Source of the DNA: Candidatus Kapaibacterium sp.
Lineage (GTDB): Bacteria; Bacteroidota; Ignavibacteria; Kapaibacteriales; Kapaibacteriaceae
DNA: 49,714 nucleotides
Assembly (NCBI GenBank): GCA_026390655.1
Contig: JAPLFN010000102.1
Span: 26,285 to 75,998 of the forward strand
Direction of reading: 5' to 3'
Shown here: one piece after another, positions 16,754-26,245 of the stretch
How positions within the stretch are numbered: the first letter of the stretch is position 1
Layout: the number at the start of each line of letters is the position of its first letter
Translations under genes and position numbers: made by a program
Notes under the pieces: model-generated
The model's database searches: none
Told to the model about the DNA's origin: nothing
What the model saw: only the letters and a program-made list of their open reading frames with translations

Positions 16754-17330
16754 CTTCAGACGTCAGGAATCTCTCACGGGTCTCGAGGGTTTGATATGAG
16801 CGAAACGTCTCGTGACCAAAGGATTCGATGCGATTACTAACAAATTCGTCAACGAGCACCACACTACCTTCGGCAAACCGATAGCCCCTTATGCTCCAAT
16901 CTTCCGACTTTCGTTTCTGCGTAACGTAACACGTGGCTTCTTTTATGACCACGCCTATCTCAAGGGGTAGATCAACGTATTGCAATGGCATCTTGGCGAT
17001 GTTCACCAAGAATCCCTCGTTATCAACGAAGAGGTATACCACGCATTCTCGTTTGCGAGTACCGAGGATGTTCACCGAAAGGGCAAGGTCATAGATTCCG
17101 TCACCGCTAAAATCACCAACGTCCCACCCCCAGAGGCGGTATTGCGAACCCTGTGGCATTGCAGCCTTAACGTCAGCGATGAGGTCCTCGGCAAAGTATG
17201 GCTCGATCTTACGCGTGAATTCCTCAAAGTCCATACCCGACTGTGCGGTGAGTTGCAAGGGGCTTGCAATGCTCACCGACAGTATGCCAATGAATGAGAT
17301 AAGAATGGTCCGGAGGTGTATCACGATCAA
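16680..17330 (-). CDS. Secreted hypothetical protein with FG-GAP/VCBS-like motif; possibly the 5' part of a frameshifted gene
   Basis: Signal peptide MIVIHLRTILISFIGILSVSIASPLQLTAQ and an FG-GAP-like WGWDVGDFSGDGIYDLAL. The start overlaps the adenosine-kinase stop (17327-17330). Confidence 0.65.
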   Translation of the reverse strand: MIVIHLRTILISFIGILSVSIASPLQLTAQSGMDFEEFTRKIEPYFAEDLIADVKAAMPQGSQYRLWGWDVGDFSGDGIYDLALSVNILGTRKRECVVYLFVDNEGFLVNIAKMPLQYVDLPLEIGVVIKEATCYVTQKRKSEDWSIRGYRFAEGSVVLVDEFVSNRIESFGHETFRSYQTLETRERFLTSEGDPAFVHNHPVLWKGAPDFRRICS

Positions 17331-18325
17331 ACGGTTGAAGCCGATATCAAGACACTATTGCGAACCTCGATATGATCGGCCTTCAGTCGCGCTCCATACT
17401 GACCAACAACCTGGGCTGCCGCGTACGATGCAAGACGGCCAGAATGTTCCGGATGATGTCTGTGAAGAACGCCATAGAGAAACGCACCAGCGAACATGTC
17501 ACCGGCGCCGGTCGTATCTATGGGCTGGATCTTATAGGCAGGCACTTCAACATCTAGACCATTCCATCGAACGCGTGATCCATGGACACCAGCCGTTAAT
17601 ACCACGTTGGGATACCTATCAATTAAGTGTCGGTACGCCTCTTCAGCGGTCTCAGCTTGAGCCAACGCCGTCCCCTCTGTCTCATTGCAGAACACAAGAT
17701 CTGCACTCTTTAGAACGTTTCTGAGTCGATCTCCAAAGACGTTCACAATGAAACCATCGGAGCAGCTTACCGCGACGTTTGTTCCGTGTTTCTTTGCGTA
17801 GAACAGCGCGTGATCAACGGCATCGGAACCATTGTCATCCGTGAGCTTATACCCTTCGATATAGATCCACTCACTAGCCTTGATGAGTTCTTCACTGATG
17901 TGCGACTGCGTGAACTCCGTGTTCACCGCAAGGGTGGTGTTTAGTGTGCGCTCGCTATCGGGAGTAATGAGAACAAGACACGAACCAGTGCTAGCCCCTT
18001 TCACCTGATCCGCAGCGAGGACGATACCGAGATCCTTGAATTCCGATGCATAGAAGTCGCCGAAACTATCCGCTCCTAGCAGCGAGCAGTAGGCGCCACT
18101 GCCTCCGAACTGCGCAAACGCAATGATGGAATTCGCAGCTGAGCCGCCACTGCACCGATGCGCTTCGCGGTCCCCCAGTGCATCGATCATCTCGTGCTGC
18201 CGAGACGTATCTGTAAGCGTCATTGACCCCTTCGTAACGCCGAAGTTCTCAAGTTCAATGTCAGTAACGCGGTATTCGAGATCGACAAGGGCGTTTCCGA
18301 CCCCTGTAAGGAGGATGTTTTTCAC
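17327..18325 (-). CDS. PfkB-family carbohydrate/nucleoside kinase (adenosine kinase-like)
   Basis: N-terminal GNALVDLEY, and the PfkB signature DTTGAGDMFAGAFLYG near the C-terminus, 332 aa. Confidence 0.85.
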   Translation of the reverse strand: MKNILLTGVGNALVDLEYRVTDIELENFGVTKGSMTLTDTSRQHEMIDALGDREAHRCSGGSAANSIIAFAQFGGSGAYCSLLGADSFGDFYASEFKDLGIVLAADQVKGASTGSCLVLITPDSERTLNTTLAVNTEFTQSHISEELIKASEWIYIEGYKLTDDNGSDAVDHALFYAKKHGTNVAVSCSDGFIVNVFGDRLRNVLKSADLVFCNETEGTALAQAETAEEAYRHLIDRYPNVVLTAGVHGSRVRWNGLDVEVPAYKIQPIDTTGAGDMFAGAFLYGVLHRHHPEHSGRLASYAAAQVVGQYGARLKADHIEVRNSVLISASTV

Positions 18326-18380
18326 GGTGCGAATATATGCTTCCGAGAGCTATACTTGCCGCTATACTACTTGGTAACCC

Positions 18381-20015
18381 ATGATGTTTAGATTCATACG
18401 TCGGCACCTCTTCTCGATCGTCCCAATTGCACCCTTTCTCCTTTTTCCTCTGCGTCCGTTGATGCCCTCGGACCCTGCTGTGCAGGTGTATCAAGGGGTC
18501 TCTACGGATGACCCTTCGTATAGACTAACAATAGCTACTGTACGAGAAGCAACTGTCTGGGTTCTACGAGATGGTAAGGGGCGTACGGAGGTGTCCTGGA
18601 CGGATGATCAGGGAGTGATTGTAGGCGCGCCAAAGGACGGACCATATTCAATGCCGAGTCCGGAATCGTTGTGTAGCCAGACACAATCCGGACAAAGCAT
18701 GGCGAAACGCATGGATGAGATCCAAGCAGACAATGGCGATGCCATTAGCGCCCGCATTGCCATGGAGGCAGACTACGAATACTTCAAGAGCGCCGGCAAG
18801 ATGAATGCAGACCGCGCTCTGGCATACACTGCCGCTATGATGTCGGTAGTGAGAGACCTCTTTGAAAAAGAAGCAAACGTTAGTCTACAGATCAATTGGT
18901 TTAAGGTTTGGACCGATGAGGCATCAGATCCATATAAGGTAAAGGGCAATGCCTACGCTCTTCCGGATCCGGTACGTGCATATTGGAGCGCAAACTACAA
19001 GAGCGTTGAGCGTGATCTCGTCCACGTGATGACGTCTGTGTCATACGGTGGAGGAGGCTTTGGTTACTATGACGCCCTGTGCAACAAGGACTACGGCTTC
19101 TCCGTGAGCTCTCCAACGGGTCTTCAAAGCCTGCCAACATTCGGATTCACGTACGACGCCTACATCGTTGCGCACGAACTAGGGCATAATTTCAACGCCC
19201 GCCATTCGCACGACTGCTTCTGGGATCCGGCACTTGATACGTGCTATACAAAGGATGACGCAACGCTAAGTTTAGGTGATGCATGTTACTCGCGCCCAAT
19301 TACTCCTCGACCAAACAATGGTTCTATCATGAGCTATTGCGCCAACGCAAACTACACGCTCTCTGGCAACGACTTCTCGAAGTTCAAGGTTGACATGACG
19401 TTCTTATCGAAGGTCTCCAACTACATCCGTGCTTCAGCTGTAGATGCTGTGTCAAAGGGATGTCTTGTGCAGCCCAATTCGCCCCTTCTCTACCTCAGAA
19501 CCCCAATAGGAGAAGGTACCGTCTCTGGCGGATCTCCGCTTTCTATTGCATGGGGCTCAGCAAGGCTGGACTCCGTAGACCTCGACTACAGCGTCGATGG
19601 CAAGTTGTGGATTCGTATCGCGTCAGCAATACCCGCGCGGCCGGCTCTCCATGAATGGATTGTTCCGAATGTATCCACCACCGCGCTCATTCTACGGATT
19701 GCTTCGTCTCGTGATAGCGCCGTAAAGGATGGCATGGTTCTGCCGTTAACTATCAAAAAGACAGTTGGCGTTAGTGATAATGAAGGACGAGCCGACGGTG
19801 TTACGTTAACCCAGGAAAGCATCTCTGTCAACGGAGATGAACCGGTGATATTGATCGTGCGCGACCTTCAAGGAAGGATGCTCGCTCAGCGCGATCTACG
19901 CGCTAACACAACCACCTCTTGGCGTGAGGGTCTGCTCACTCACGGTGCCGTCTTTGTCACTGTATCATCATTCGAGGGCAGACTTTTAAGCCGTGGCGTG
20001 TTTCTAGGAAAATAA
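18381..20015 (+). CDS. Secreted zinc metalloprotease, reprolysin-like (M12B-type metzincin variant) with T9SS-type C-terminal domain
   Basis: HELGHNFNARHSHD fits HExxHxxxxxH-x-D, with Asn at the metzincin Gly position. Also an Ig-like block (SIAWGS...LDYSVDGKLWIRIA...EWIVP) and a C-terminal roughly 75-aa beta-sandwich-like tail ending ...FVTVSSFEGRLLSRGVFLGK. Confidence 0.85.
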   Translation: MMFRFIRRHLFSIVPIAPFLLFPLRPLMPSDPAVQVYQGVSTDDPSYRLTIATVREATVWVLRDGKGRTEVSWTDDQGVIVGAPKDGPYSMPSPESLCSQTQSGQSMAKRMDEIQADNGDAISARIAMEADYEYFKSAGKMNADRALAYTAAMMSVVRDLFEKEANVSLQINWFKVWTDEASDPYKVKGNAYALPDPVRAYWSANYKSVERDLVHVMTSVSYGGGGFGYYDALCNKDYGFSVSSPTGLQSLPTFGFTYDAYIVAHELGHNFNARHSHDCFWDPALDTCYTKDDATLSLGDACYSRPITPRPNNGSIMSYCANANYTLSGNDFSKFKVDMTFLSKVSNYIRASAVDAVSKGCLVQPNSPLLYLRTPIGEGTVSGGSPLSIAWGSARLDSVDLDYSVDGKLWIRIASAIPARPALHEWIVPNVSTTALILRIASSRDSAVKDGMVLPLTIKKTVGVSDNEGRADGVTLTQESISVNGDEPVILIVRDLQGRMLAQRDLRANTTTSWREGLLTHGAVFVTVSSFEGRLLSRGVFLGK

Positions 20016-20020
20016 GGCAC

Positions 20021-21064
20021 TTAGCCAATATTGCCGGGAGTCTTACTTACCGGGAGAGAAAGACGCATGATCTCTTCGCAGAGATCGCCAAACTCTATGC
20101 CGGAGGCACGGGCAGCCATCGGCACTAGACTCGTCTCCGTGAAACCAGGAATGGTATTTACTTCGAGACAGTACGGGATGTTGTCATCAGTTAGTCGAAA
20201 GTCCACTCTGCTATACGCCCTGCACCCCAAAACATGGTGTGCGGCTACAGCGAGGTTCTGAACGTGATCTTGAACTTCCTGCGAGAGATCTGCCGGGCAG
20301 AAATATTCTGTTTTACCCTTAGTGTATTTGTTGGCATAATCATAATAACCATCCTTTGGCACGATCTCTATGATCGGAAGCGATTCGGCACCAAGAACAG
20401 TAACAGTAAGCTCTCTGCCTGGAATGTATCGCTCAACGAGAATCGTCTCTGTGAACTGTCCGGCAAGACGAATGGCATCTGCCAGGCCATCCACCGAAAC
20501 GGAATTCAAAATCGTCATCCCTACAGTTGACCCTTGATCGTTCGGCTTTACCACCATCGGTCCGTTGATCTCCTTGCACACTTCAGCAAGAAGTTCCTGA
20601 TCGTCTGCTTGTTCAGGCAGGACACTCACCCAGTATGGAGTTGGAATTCCCGCAACTTGAAAGAGCATTTTTGATAGCCCCTTATCCATCGCAGCAGCAC
20701 TGGCAAGCATTGTGCTCCCAGTGTATGGAATGCCTCGCAAGTCTAAGAGCGACTGTATATATCCATCCTCGCCGTAGCGACCATGGAGAAGAATGAATAC
20801 AATATCGATACCATCAAGAAGGTCCGATGTGATACACTGCATCAGGCTCATTGTGGTAAAGCTCGCGAGCTCTTCACTCGTTACTTCAGTCGCCGTTGCT
20901 GCACGAAGTTCCTCATCCGAAACAACGCCGTTGGCCCCTCGTGATGGATCGATGGCAACAACGGAATGACCGAGCTCGCGCAATGCGAAGACGGCTGCAC
21001 GGCCGCTGAGATACGAGATGTTGCGTTCGGGACTTATCCCGCCAAGGAGTACTGCGATGTTCAT
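20021..21064 (-). CDS. ddl: D-alanine--D-alanine ligase
   Basis: [52 protein letters not shown], and an ATP-grasp C-terminus with EVNTIPGFTETS. Start set at ATG 21062-21064, overlapping the UDG stop (ATGA). Confidence 0.93.
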   Translation of the reverse strand: MNIAVLLGGISPERNISYLSGRAAVFALRELGHSVVAIDPSRGANGVVSDEELRAATATEVTSEELASFTTMSLMQCITSDLLDGIDIVFILLHGRYGEDGYIQSLLDLRGIPYTGSTMLASAAAMDKGLSKMLFQVAGIPTPYWVSVLPEQADDQELLAEVCKEINGPMVVKPNDQGSTVGMTILNSVSVDGLADAIRLAGQFTETILVERYIPGRELTVTVLGAESLPIIEIVPKDGYYDYANKYTKGKTEYFCPADLSQEVQDHVQNLAVAAHHVLGCRAYSRVDFRLTDDNIPYCLEVNTIPGFTETSLVPMAARASGIEFGDLCEEIMRLSLPVSKTPGNIG

Positions 21065-21792
21065 GATGCGTCGTATAGTTTGCGAAGGTACTTCACATCT
21101 TCCCAAGCCAGCTTCTTCCACTCTGGATTGCGTAGAAGTGCCGCCGGGTGATATGTGACAAGTGTTTTAATGCCCTGATAGTCGTGGATTTTCCCACGCA
21201 AATTCGTCATCGATTCTTTGTTCTTCAATAGTGTGTTCGCGGCAGTAAGCCCCAACGCAAGGATAAAGCGAGGCTTCACTAGCTCGATCTGCTTCCACAG
21301 ATATGGCTCGCATTGGTCGGTCTCGCTGGCAAGGGGCTTACGGTTTCCTGGTGGACGGCACTTGAGGATGTTGCAGATGTATACTTCATCGCGAGAAAGG
21401 TTGATGGCCTCAAGGACTTTTGTTAGCAGTTGCCCAGCTCTACCCACAAACGGCAATCCCTGCTCATCCTCGTCTGCGCCCGGCGCCTCTCCAACCACCA
21501 TGATATGTGCGTTGGGATTACCCGAACCAAAAACAAAGGAATTTCTTGTGTGTCCAAGAGCACAATTCGTGCATCCGCTAATTGCGTCGCACAGTCCGGG
21601 AAGCGCCGTCGAGGTTGTCCAATCGATTGAGGTCATAATGGATTCTATACGTGTTGTCTCAATCGACTGTGGCATTTCTACATCGTTCGTCGTAAACGAA
21701 ACATCATCCGCAATTGTGATGTACATTTCTTCGCCATACATCTGCATTTGCTGCTTCAGGTATTGAACTGCTGTTTCATGGTTTATTTGCAC
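21061..21792 (-). CDS. Uracil-DNA glycosylase, family 4
   Basis: [10 protein letters not shown]... Fe-S Cys pattern, [36 protein letters not shown], and HPAALLR near the C-terminus. The start is uncertain. The TTG at 21831 lies inside the clpC terminator stem, so GTG 21792 or ATG 21747 is more likely. Confidence 0.85.
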   Translation of the reverse strand: MQINHETAVQYLKQQMQMYGEEMYITIADDVSFTTNDVEMPQSIETTRIESIMTSIDWTTSTALPGLCDAISGCTNCALGHTRNSFVFGSGNPNAHIMVVGEAPGADEDEQGLPFVGRAGQLLTKVLEAINLSRDEVYICNILKCRPPGNRKPLASETDQCEPYLWKQIELVKPRFILALGLTAANTLLKNKESMTNLRGKIHDYQGIKTLVTYHPAALLRNPEWKKLAWEDVKYLRKLYDAS

Positions 21793-21829
21793 GCCAGCGA
21801 AGATACTTGATGGTAGCCATATGAAATGC

Positions 21830-21868
21830 AAAACAGCCTCTCTCGAATGAACGGGAGAGGCTGTTTTT
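21830..21868 (-). terminator. Strong bidirectional intrinsic terminator downstream of clpC
   Basis: aaaa-cagcctctc (21834-21842) pairs perfectly with gagaggctg (21855-21863), a 9-bp GC-rich stem with a 12-nt loop. It is flanked by A4 on one side and T5 on the other, so a U-tract follows the hairpin on both strands. It lies 18 nt past the clpC stop. Confidence 0.8.
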
Positions 21869-21885
21869 CGAGATCGATCTTTTTT

Positions 21886-24399
21886 TCACTCTTCGTGAGC
21901 TTCTGCTTCTTCGGGTTCTTCTTGCGAATCGCCACCCTTGGCCTTGCCCAGAGTGAAGACAAGTTGTCCAAGCTTCTTATCGAGCTTGCCTTTCACCAGG
22001 GATCCGTCAGGGAAGTGCCCTCGTAGGATCTCCTCGGCAATAGGGTCTTCAACAAGTCGCTGGATAGTCCTTCGAAGCGGACGAGCCCCGTACTTCTCAT
22101 CGAATCCTTTATCGGCAATGAACTCCTTAGCAGACTTCGCGAGCTCAACACTGATCCCGCGCGACTCGAGCCGCGTTAAGAGCCGCTTCAGTTGCAGATC
22201 AATGATCTTCACCATATGCTCCTTTTTCAGCGAGCGGAAGATCACGTATTCATCAATGCGATTCAGAAACTCCGGATTGAAGAGACGCTTCATGGTCTCC
22301 TCAACGGTGGACTTCATGTTCTCATAGTCTTCTGTTACTTCATTCGTTGTAAAGCCGATCTTGCCGCCAGCCTTTACATCACGCATACCCACGTTGGAGG
22401 TCATGATGATGATGGTATTCTTGAAGTCAACACGTCTGCCAAGGCCATCAGTCAGCTGACCATCATCAAACACCTGCAAGAGGATATTAAAGACGTCAGG
22501 ATGTGCCTTTTCTATCTCGTCAAGAAGAATGATCGAGTACGGCTTGCGACGAACTTTTTCCGTCAACTGTCCACCTTCTTCATAGCCCACATATCCCGGA
22601 GGAGCACCTACGAGTCTTGAGACAGAGAACTTCTCCATGTACTCAGACATGTCGATGCGGATCAATGCGTCCTCGCTATCGAACATGTACCGAGAGAGCG
22701 CTTTTGCGAGCTCTGTTTTTCCGACGCCGGTTGGACCAAGGAACATGAAAGAACCGATAGGACGAGATGGGTCCTTGAGGCCGGCACGAGATCTACGAAT
22801 CGCCTTTGTGAGGTGCTCAACGGCTTCGTCCTGCCCAACCACTTGCGTCTGCAATTCGTCGGACATCTTCAGGAGTTTCGCTGTCTCGCCTTCTGCGATA
22901 CGATTGACTGGAATACCAGTGATCATAGCGATAACATCTGCCACATCTTCTTCCGCAACATCGAAGACGATATCACCGGCCTTGTTTTCCCATTCCTCTT
23001 TTGCGAGTTCGAGTTCGGCTTGTTGTTTCTTTTCTAGGTCTCGAAGACGAGCCGCTTCTTCAAAGTTCTGAGACTTAACAACGTTGTTTTTTAGAAGTCG
23101 TACTTCTTCGATCTTCTCTTCGAGCTCCAACACTTCCTTCGGCACATGAATATGTGCAAGGTGTACACGAGCGCCGGCTTCATCCAACACATCGAGTGCC
23201 TTATCTGGTAGGAATCGGTCAGTAATGTACCGATCTGCCATCATCACGCATGCTTTTACAGCCTCATCAGAATACCGCACGCTATGGTGTTTCTCATACC
23301 GGTCCTTGACATTCGTGAGGATCTGAATGGCCTCATCAACAGTTGGCGGATCAACGATAATTTTTTGAAAGCGACGATCGAGGGCTCCGTCCTTTTCAAT
23401 AAACTGGCGATACTCGTCGAGCGTGGTAGCTCCGATACACTGTATGTCACCGCGGGAGAGCGCTGGCTTAAACATGTTTGATGCATCGAGTGAGCCACTA
23501 GCGCCCCCTGCCCCAACGATGGTGTGCAACTCATCGATGAAGAGAATCACGTCCTTGGCTTTCTCTAGCTCGTTCATGACGGCCTTCATGCGCTCTTCGA
23601 ACTGTCCACGGTACTTCGTACCGGCTACAAGAGCCGCAAGGTCAAGAGTAACAATGCGCTTGTCAAAGAGTATGCGAGAAACCTTACGATCTATGATCCG
23701 CAGTGCGAGACCCTCAACAATAGCGGTCTTGCCCACACCGGGTTCGCCGATAAGGACAGGGTTATTCTTTTTGCGTCGTGAGAGGATCTGTGCTACTCGC
23801 TGAATCTCTTTGTCTCTGCCGATCACAGGATCGAGCTTTCCTTCAACAGCCATCTTCGTGAGATCACGTCCAAAGTTGTCAAGAACCGGTGTTTTTGCAC
23901 GCTCGGGTGCGGACTTTGCACGCCCAGATCCTTTATCTGTGCGGGGTTGTCCAGAGCTTGGTTTCCCGCTCAGATAGGCGTCAAGTTCCTTGCGGACAGC
24001 ATCGTAATTGACAGTGAACTGGCCTAGAATCTGGGCCGCGATATTGTCTTCATCACGCAGCAGAGAAAGCAAAAGGTGCTCAGTGCCGATCACATCGGAT
24101 TTATACAGCTTGGCCTCGAGATAGGTAATCTTAAGAACCTTCTCGGCCTGCTTCGTAAGTGGGATATTACCGATGGTCAATGGCCCACTCATGGAACGAA
24201 CCGTGTCTTCCACGGCTCTCTTTAGTTTGCCAAGGTCCACTCCAAGATTCCGGAGAATCTTCACTCCGATACCTTCGCCTTCGCGAATGATACCGAGCAA
24301 GAGATGCTCCGTCCCGATGTAGTCGTGACCGAGTCTAAGGGCTTCTTCGCGGCTAAGCCGGATGACGTCCTGTACGCGATTTGAAAAGTTGCCTTCCAT
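21886..24399 (-). CDS. clpC: ATP-dependent Clp protease ATP-binding subunit ClpC
   Basis: Duplicated Clp_N repeats and two AAA+ modules (GEPGVGKT; GPTGVGKT). Also a UVR-like linker ([15 protein letters not shown]) and an IGF ClpP-docking tripeptide (GGKIGFTT). Confidence 0.93.
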   Translation of the reverse strand: MEGNFSNRVQDVIRLSREEALRLGHDYIGTEHLLLGIIREGEGIGVKILRNLGVDLGKLKRAVEDTVRSMSGPLTIGNIPLTKQAEKVLKITYLEAKLYKSDVIGTEHLLLSLLRDEDNIAAQILGQFTVNYDAVRKELDAYLSGKPSSGQPRTDKGSGRAKSAPERAKTPVLDNFGRDLTKMAVEGKLDPVIGRDKEIQRVAQILSRRKKNNPVLIGEPGVGKTAIVEGLALRIIDRKVSRILFDKRIVTLDLAALVAGTKYRGQFEERMKAVMNELEKAKDVILFIDELHTIVGAGGASGSLDASNMFKPALSRGDIQCIGATTLDEYRQFIEKDGALDRRFQKIIVDPPTVDEAIQILTNVKDRYEKHHSVRYSDEAVKACVMMADRYITDRFLPDKALDVLDEAGARVHLAHIHVPKEVLELEEKIEEVRLLKNNVVKSQNFEEAARLRDLEKKQQAELELAKEEWENKAGDIVFDVAEEDVADVIAMITGIPVNRIAEGETAKLLKMSDELQTQVVGQDEAVEHLTKAIRRSRAGLKDPSRPIGSFMFLGPTGVGKTELAKALSRYMFDSEDALIRIDMSEYMEKFSVSRLVGAPPGYVGYEEGGQLTEKVRRKPYSIILLDEIEKAHPDVFNILLQVFDDGQLTDGLGRRVDFKNTIIIMTSNVGMRDVKAGGKIGFTTNEVTEDYENMKSTVEETMKRLFNPEFLNRIDEYVIFRSLKKEHMVKIIDLQLKRLLTRLESRGISVELAKSAKEFIADKGFDEKYGARPLRRTIQRLVEDPIAEEILRGHFPDGSLVKGKLDKKLGQLVFTLGKAKGGDSQEEPEEAEAHEE

Positions 24400-24524
24400 G
24401 GCGGAGTCCTTGGAACGTGATCTGTTCCCTATAGAGACGTAAACGGCGGTATTCTGTTACTTTTTCGACACTGAAATATACCACCGATGAACTTCGACAT
24501 GGAGGAGAGGTTGTTCACACTCAC

Positions 24525-25436
24525 TCAATCGTACAGCTTTTTGACCTTTCCTACCTTCGCTGTAAGCGTCGGCTGATGCGCCGTTGACGCACTTGCAGAA
24601 GGCGCTACGGCAGTCGGTGCGGGCTTCTTCGTTTTCTTTTTTGAGGCCGTGGCAGCCGGAGAAGTAGCCTGTGAAACGGTGGCCACAGGAAGGGGCACTG
24701 AAATGTAGGAAATGCGGACGTCGCCGGATCTCACATCCTTCACGAGTTGCTTCACGCTCGTAATCCTGTCCTGAACAAGTTGAATGTTTGGATCCAACGG
24801 ATCGGAAGGGCGAACGGGCTCAACTGGAGGGGTTTGCCCCTTTTTCACCTTCTTTGTTGCCTTAACCCACGCATCGTGCTGCTTGTGATACTCAGCCTCA
24901 GTTTTTGCTTTCACAGGAGCCAACTGGTCCTCATCCGGTGCAATTCCGATCACGACGTTCATTTCTTGATTTGCCCGCAGAATTTCGGTGAGTTCCGCGA
25001 CCTGCCTCTTTGCCTGCTCAGTGACGACGGCGGAATTTTTCTCAAATCCATGGTCGATGGAGAAAACGGGCGATCCTTCAACAACCAGCCGCACCGTAAT
25101 ATCTTGTTTGATGATTCGATACCGCTGCGCAACGGGAATCTCAATGTCAACATCCTTACGATAGATGTTATATCCGGAGAGCGAGAACTTGTGTGTGCCG
25201 GATTCAGAAAGAGTTTGGAGATATGACCCATCTTTCGAATTCGACGTGATCGTGATTTTCTTTCCGGAGGGGGCCTTGATGAGGATCTTACACCCCACCG
25301 GTTGCCCGTTTGTTTCGTCCCGTATAAATCCCTCTACGTTAAGATTGGCTTGCTGTGCAAACGAAGCTGACGTTGCGATAGCACAGGCTATCACCATGGC
25401 CGCGAAGAATCGTTGTGGTGTGGTTAACATTCGCAC
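24525..25436 (-). CDS. Secreted hypothetical protein (carboxypeptidase-regulatory-like N-domain, degenerate OmpA-like middle, Lys/Ala/Pro-rich tail)
   Basis: Signal peptide MRMLTTPQRFFAAMVIACAIATSASFAQQ. A FEKNSAVVTEQAKRQVAELTEILRANQEMNVVIG block resembles OmpA_C. Basic low-complexity C-terminus. Confidence 0.7.
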   Translation of the reverse strand: MRMLTTPQRFFAAMVIACAIATSASFAQQANLNVEGFIRDETNGQPVGCKILIKAPSGKKITITSNSKDGSYLQTLSESGTHKFSLSGYNIYRKDVDIEIPVAQRYRIIKQDITVRLVVEGSPVFSIDHGFEKNSAVVTEQAKRQVAELTEILRANQEMNVVIGIAPDEDQLAPVKAKTEAEYHKQHDAWVKATKKVKKGQTPPVEPVRPSDPLDPNIQLVQDRITSVKQLVKDVRSGDVRISYISVPLPVATVSQATSPAATASKKKTKKPAPTAVAPSASASTAHQPTLTAKVGKVKKLYD

Positions 25437-25440
25437 GACG

Positions 25441-26217
25441 TCATCCCTTTGTTAAATTCAAAAACGAAGCGATCCCTGCCTTGCAATCATCTGTCTGTCT
25501 TGCCAAGGCGTTCATGACGGTTGCATAGTGCAATCCGGCATCAAGAGACATCCCTTGCACCGCCCCTAGCATCATCTTACTCATTGTCATTGCAGAACTG
25601 CTGTTCTTTGCGATGGTGCCAGCGATCCGCATCGTCTCATCCTCAAGATCAGCGTCATCCACAACCTGAGTGATAAGACCTAGTCGAAGTGCCTCCTCAG
25701 CCATAATGTTCTCAGCGGTAAGAACGAGTCTCCGGGTCTGGGTGTCGCCAATCTTGCGTACGAGGTACACCAACACGATAGCCGGAATGAATCCGATGCG
25801 GACTTCAGAATAGCCAAACAAGGCCTTATCCCTACCTGCCACAACAAGATCACAGACCGTAGCCAGCCCACACCCACCTGCAATGGCAGCTCCATGAACC
25901 ATAGCGATTACCGGTTTCGGACAATCAACCACGGCCTGAAACATTTCCTTGAGCGAGGTAGAATCTGCAAGATTCTCAAGGGGTGAGTTCTCCGAGATCT
26001 TCTGGAGATAAGCTAGATCTGCACCGGCACAAAACGCCGGACCTGATCCGCGAAGAACGATGACCTTTACGTCTTCTCGCAATCCCATAGTAACAAAGGC
26101 GCTATGGAGTTCGGCTACAAGTTCCGAGCTGAGTGCATTGCGTTTGTCGGCGCGATTCATGGTGATCGTTCCGATGGCGCCGTCAATCGTTTGGAGGACT
26201 AGACTCATAGGCCTCAA
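25441..26217 (-). CDS. Enoyl-CoA hydratase/isomerase (crotonase) family protein
   Basis: ITMNRADKRNAL, the GSGPAFCAGADL oxyanion-hole motif, and HGAAIAGG, 258 aa. Confidence 0.88.
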   Translation of the reverse strand: MRPMSLVLQTIDGAIGTITMNRADKRNALSSELVAELHSAFVTMGLREDVKVIVLRGSGPAFCAGADLAYLQKISENSPLENLADSTSLKEMFQAVVDCPKPVIAMVHGAAIAGGCGLATVCDLVVAGRDKALFGYSEVRIGFIPAIVLVYLVRKIGDTQTRRLVLTAENIMAEEALRLGLITQVVDDADLEDETMRIAGTIAKNSSSAMTMSKMMLGAVQGMSLDAGLHYATVMNALARQTDDCKAGIASFLNLTKG

Positions 26218-26245
26218 AGATACAGAGTCGTAACGAGTAGGGGGC

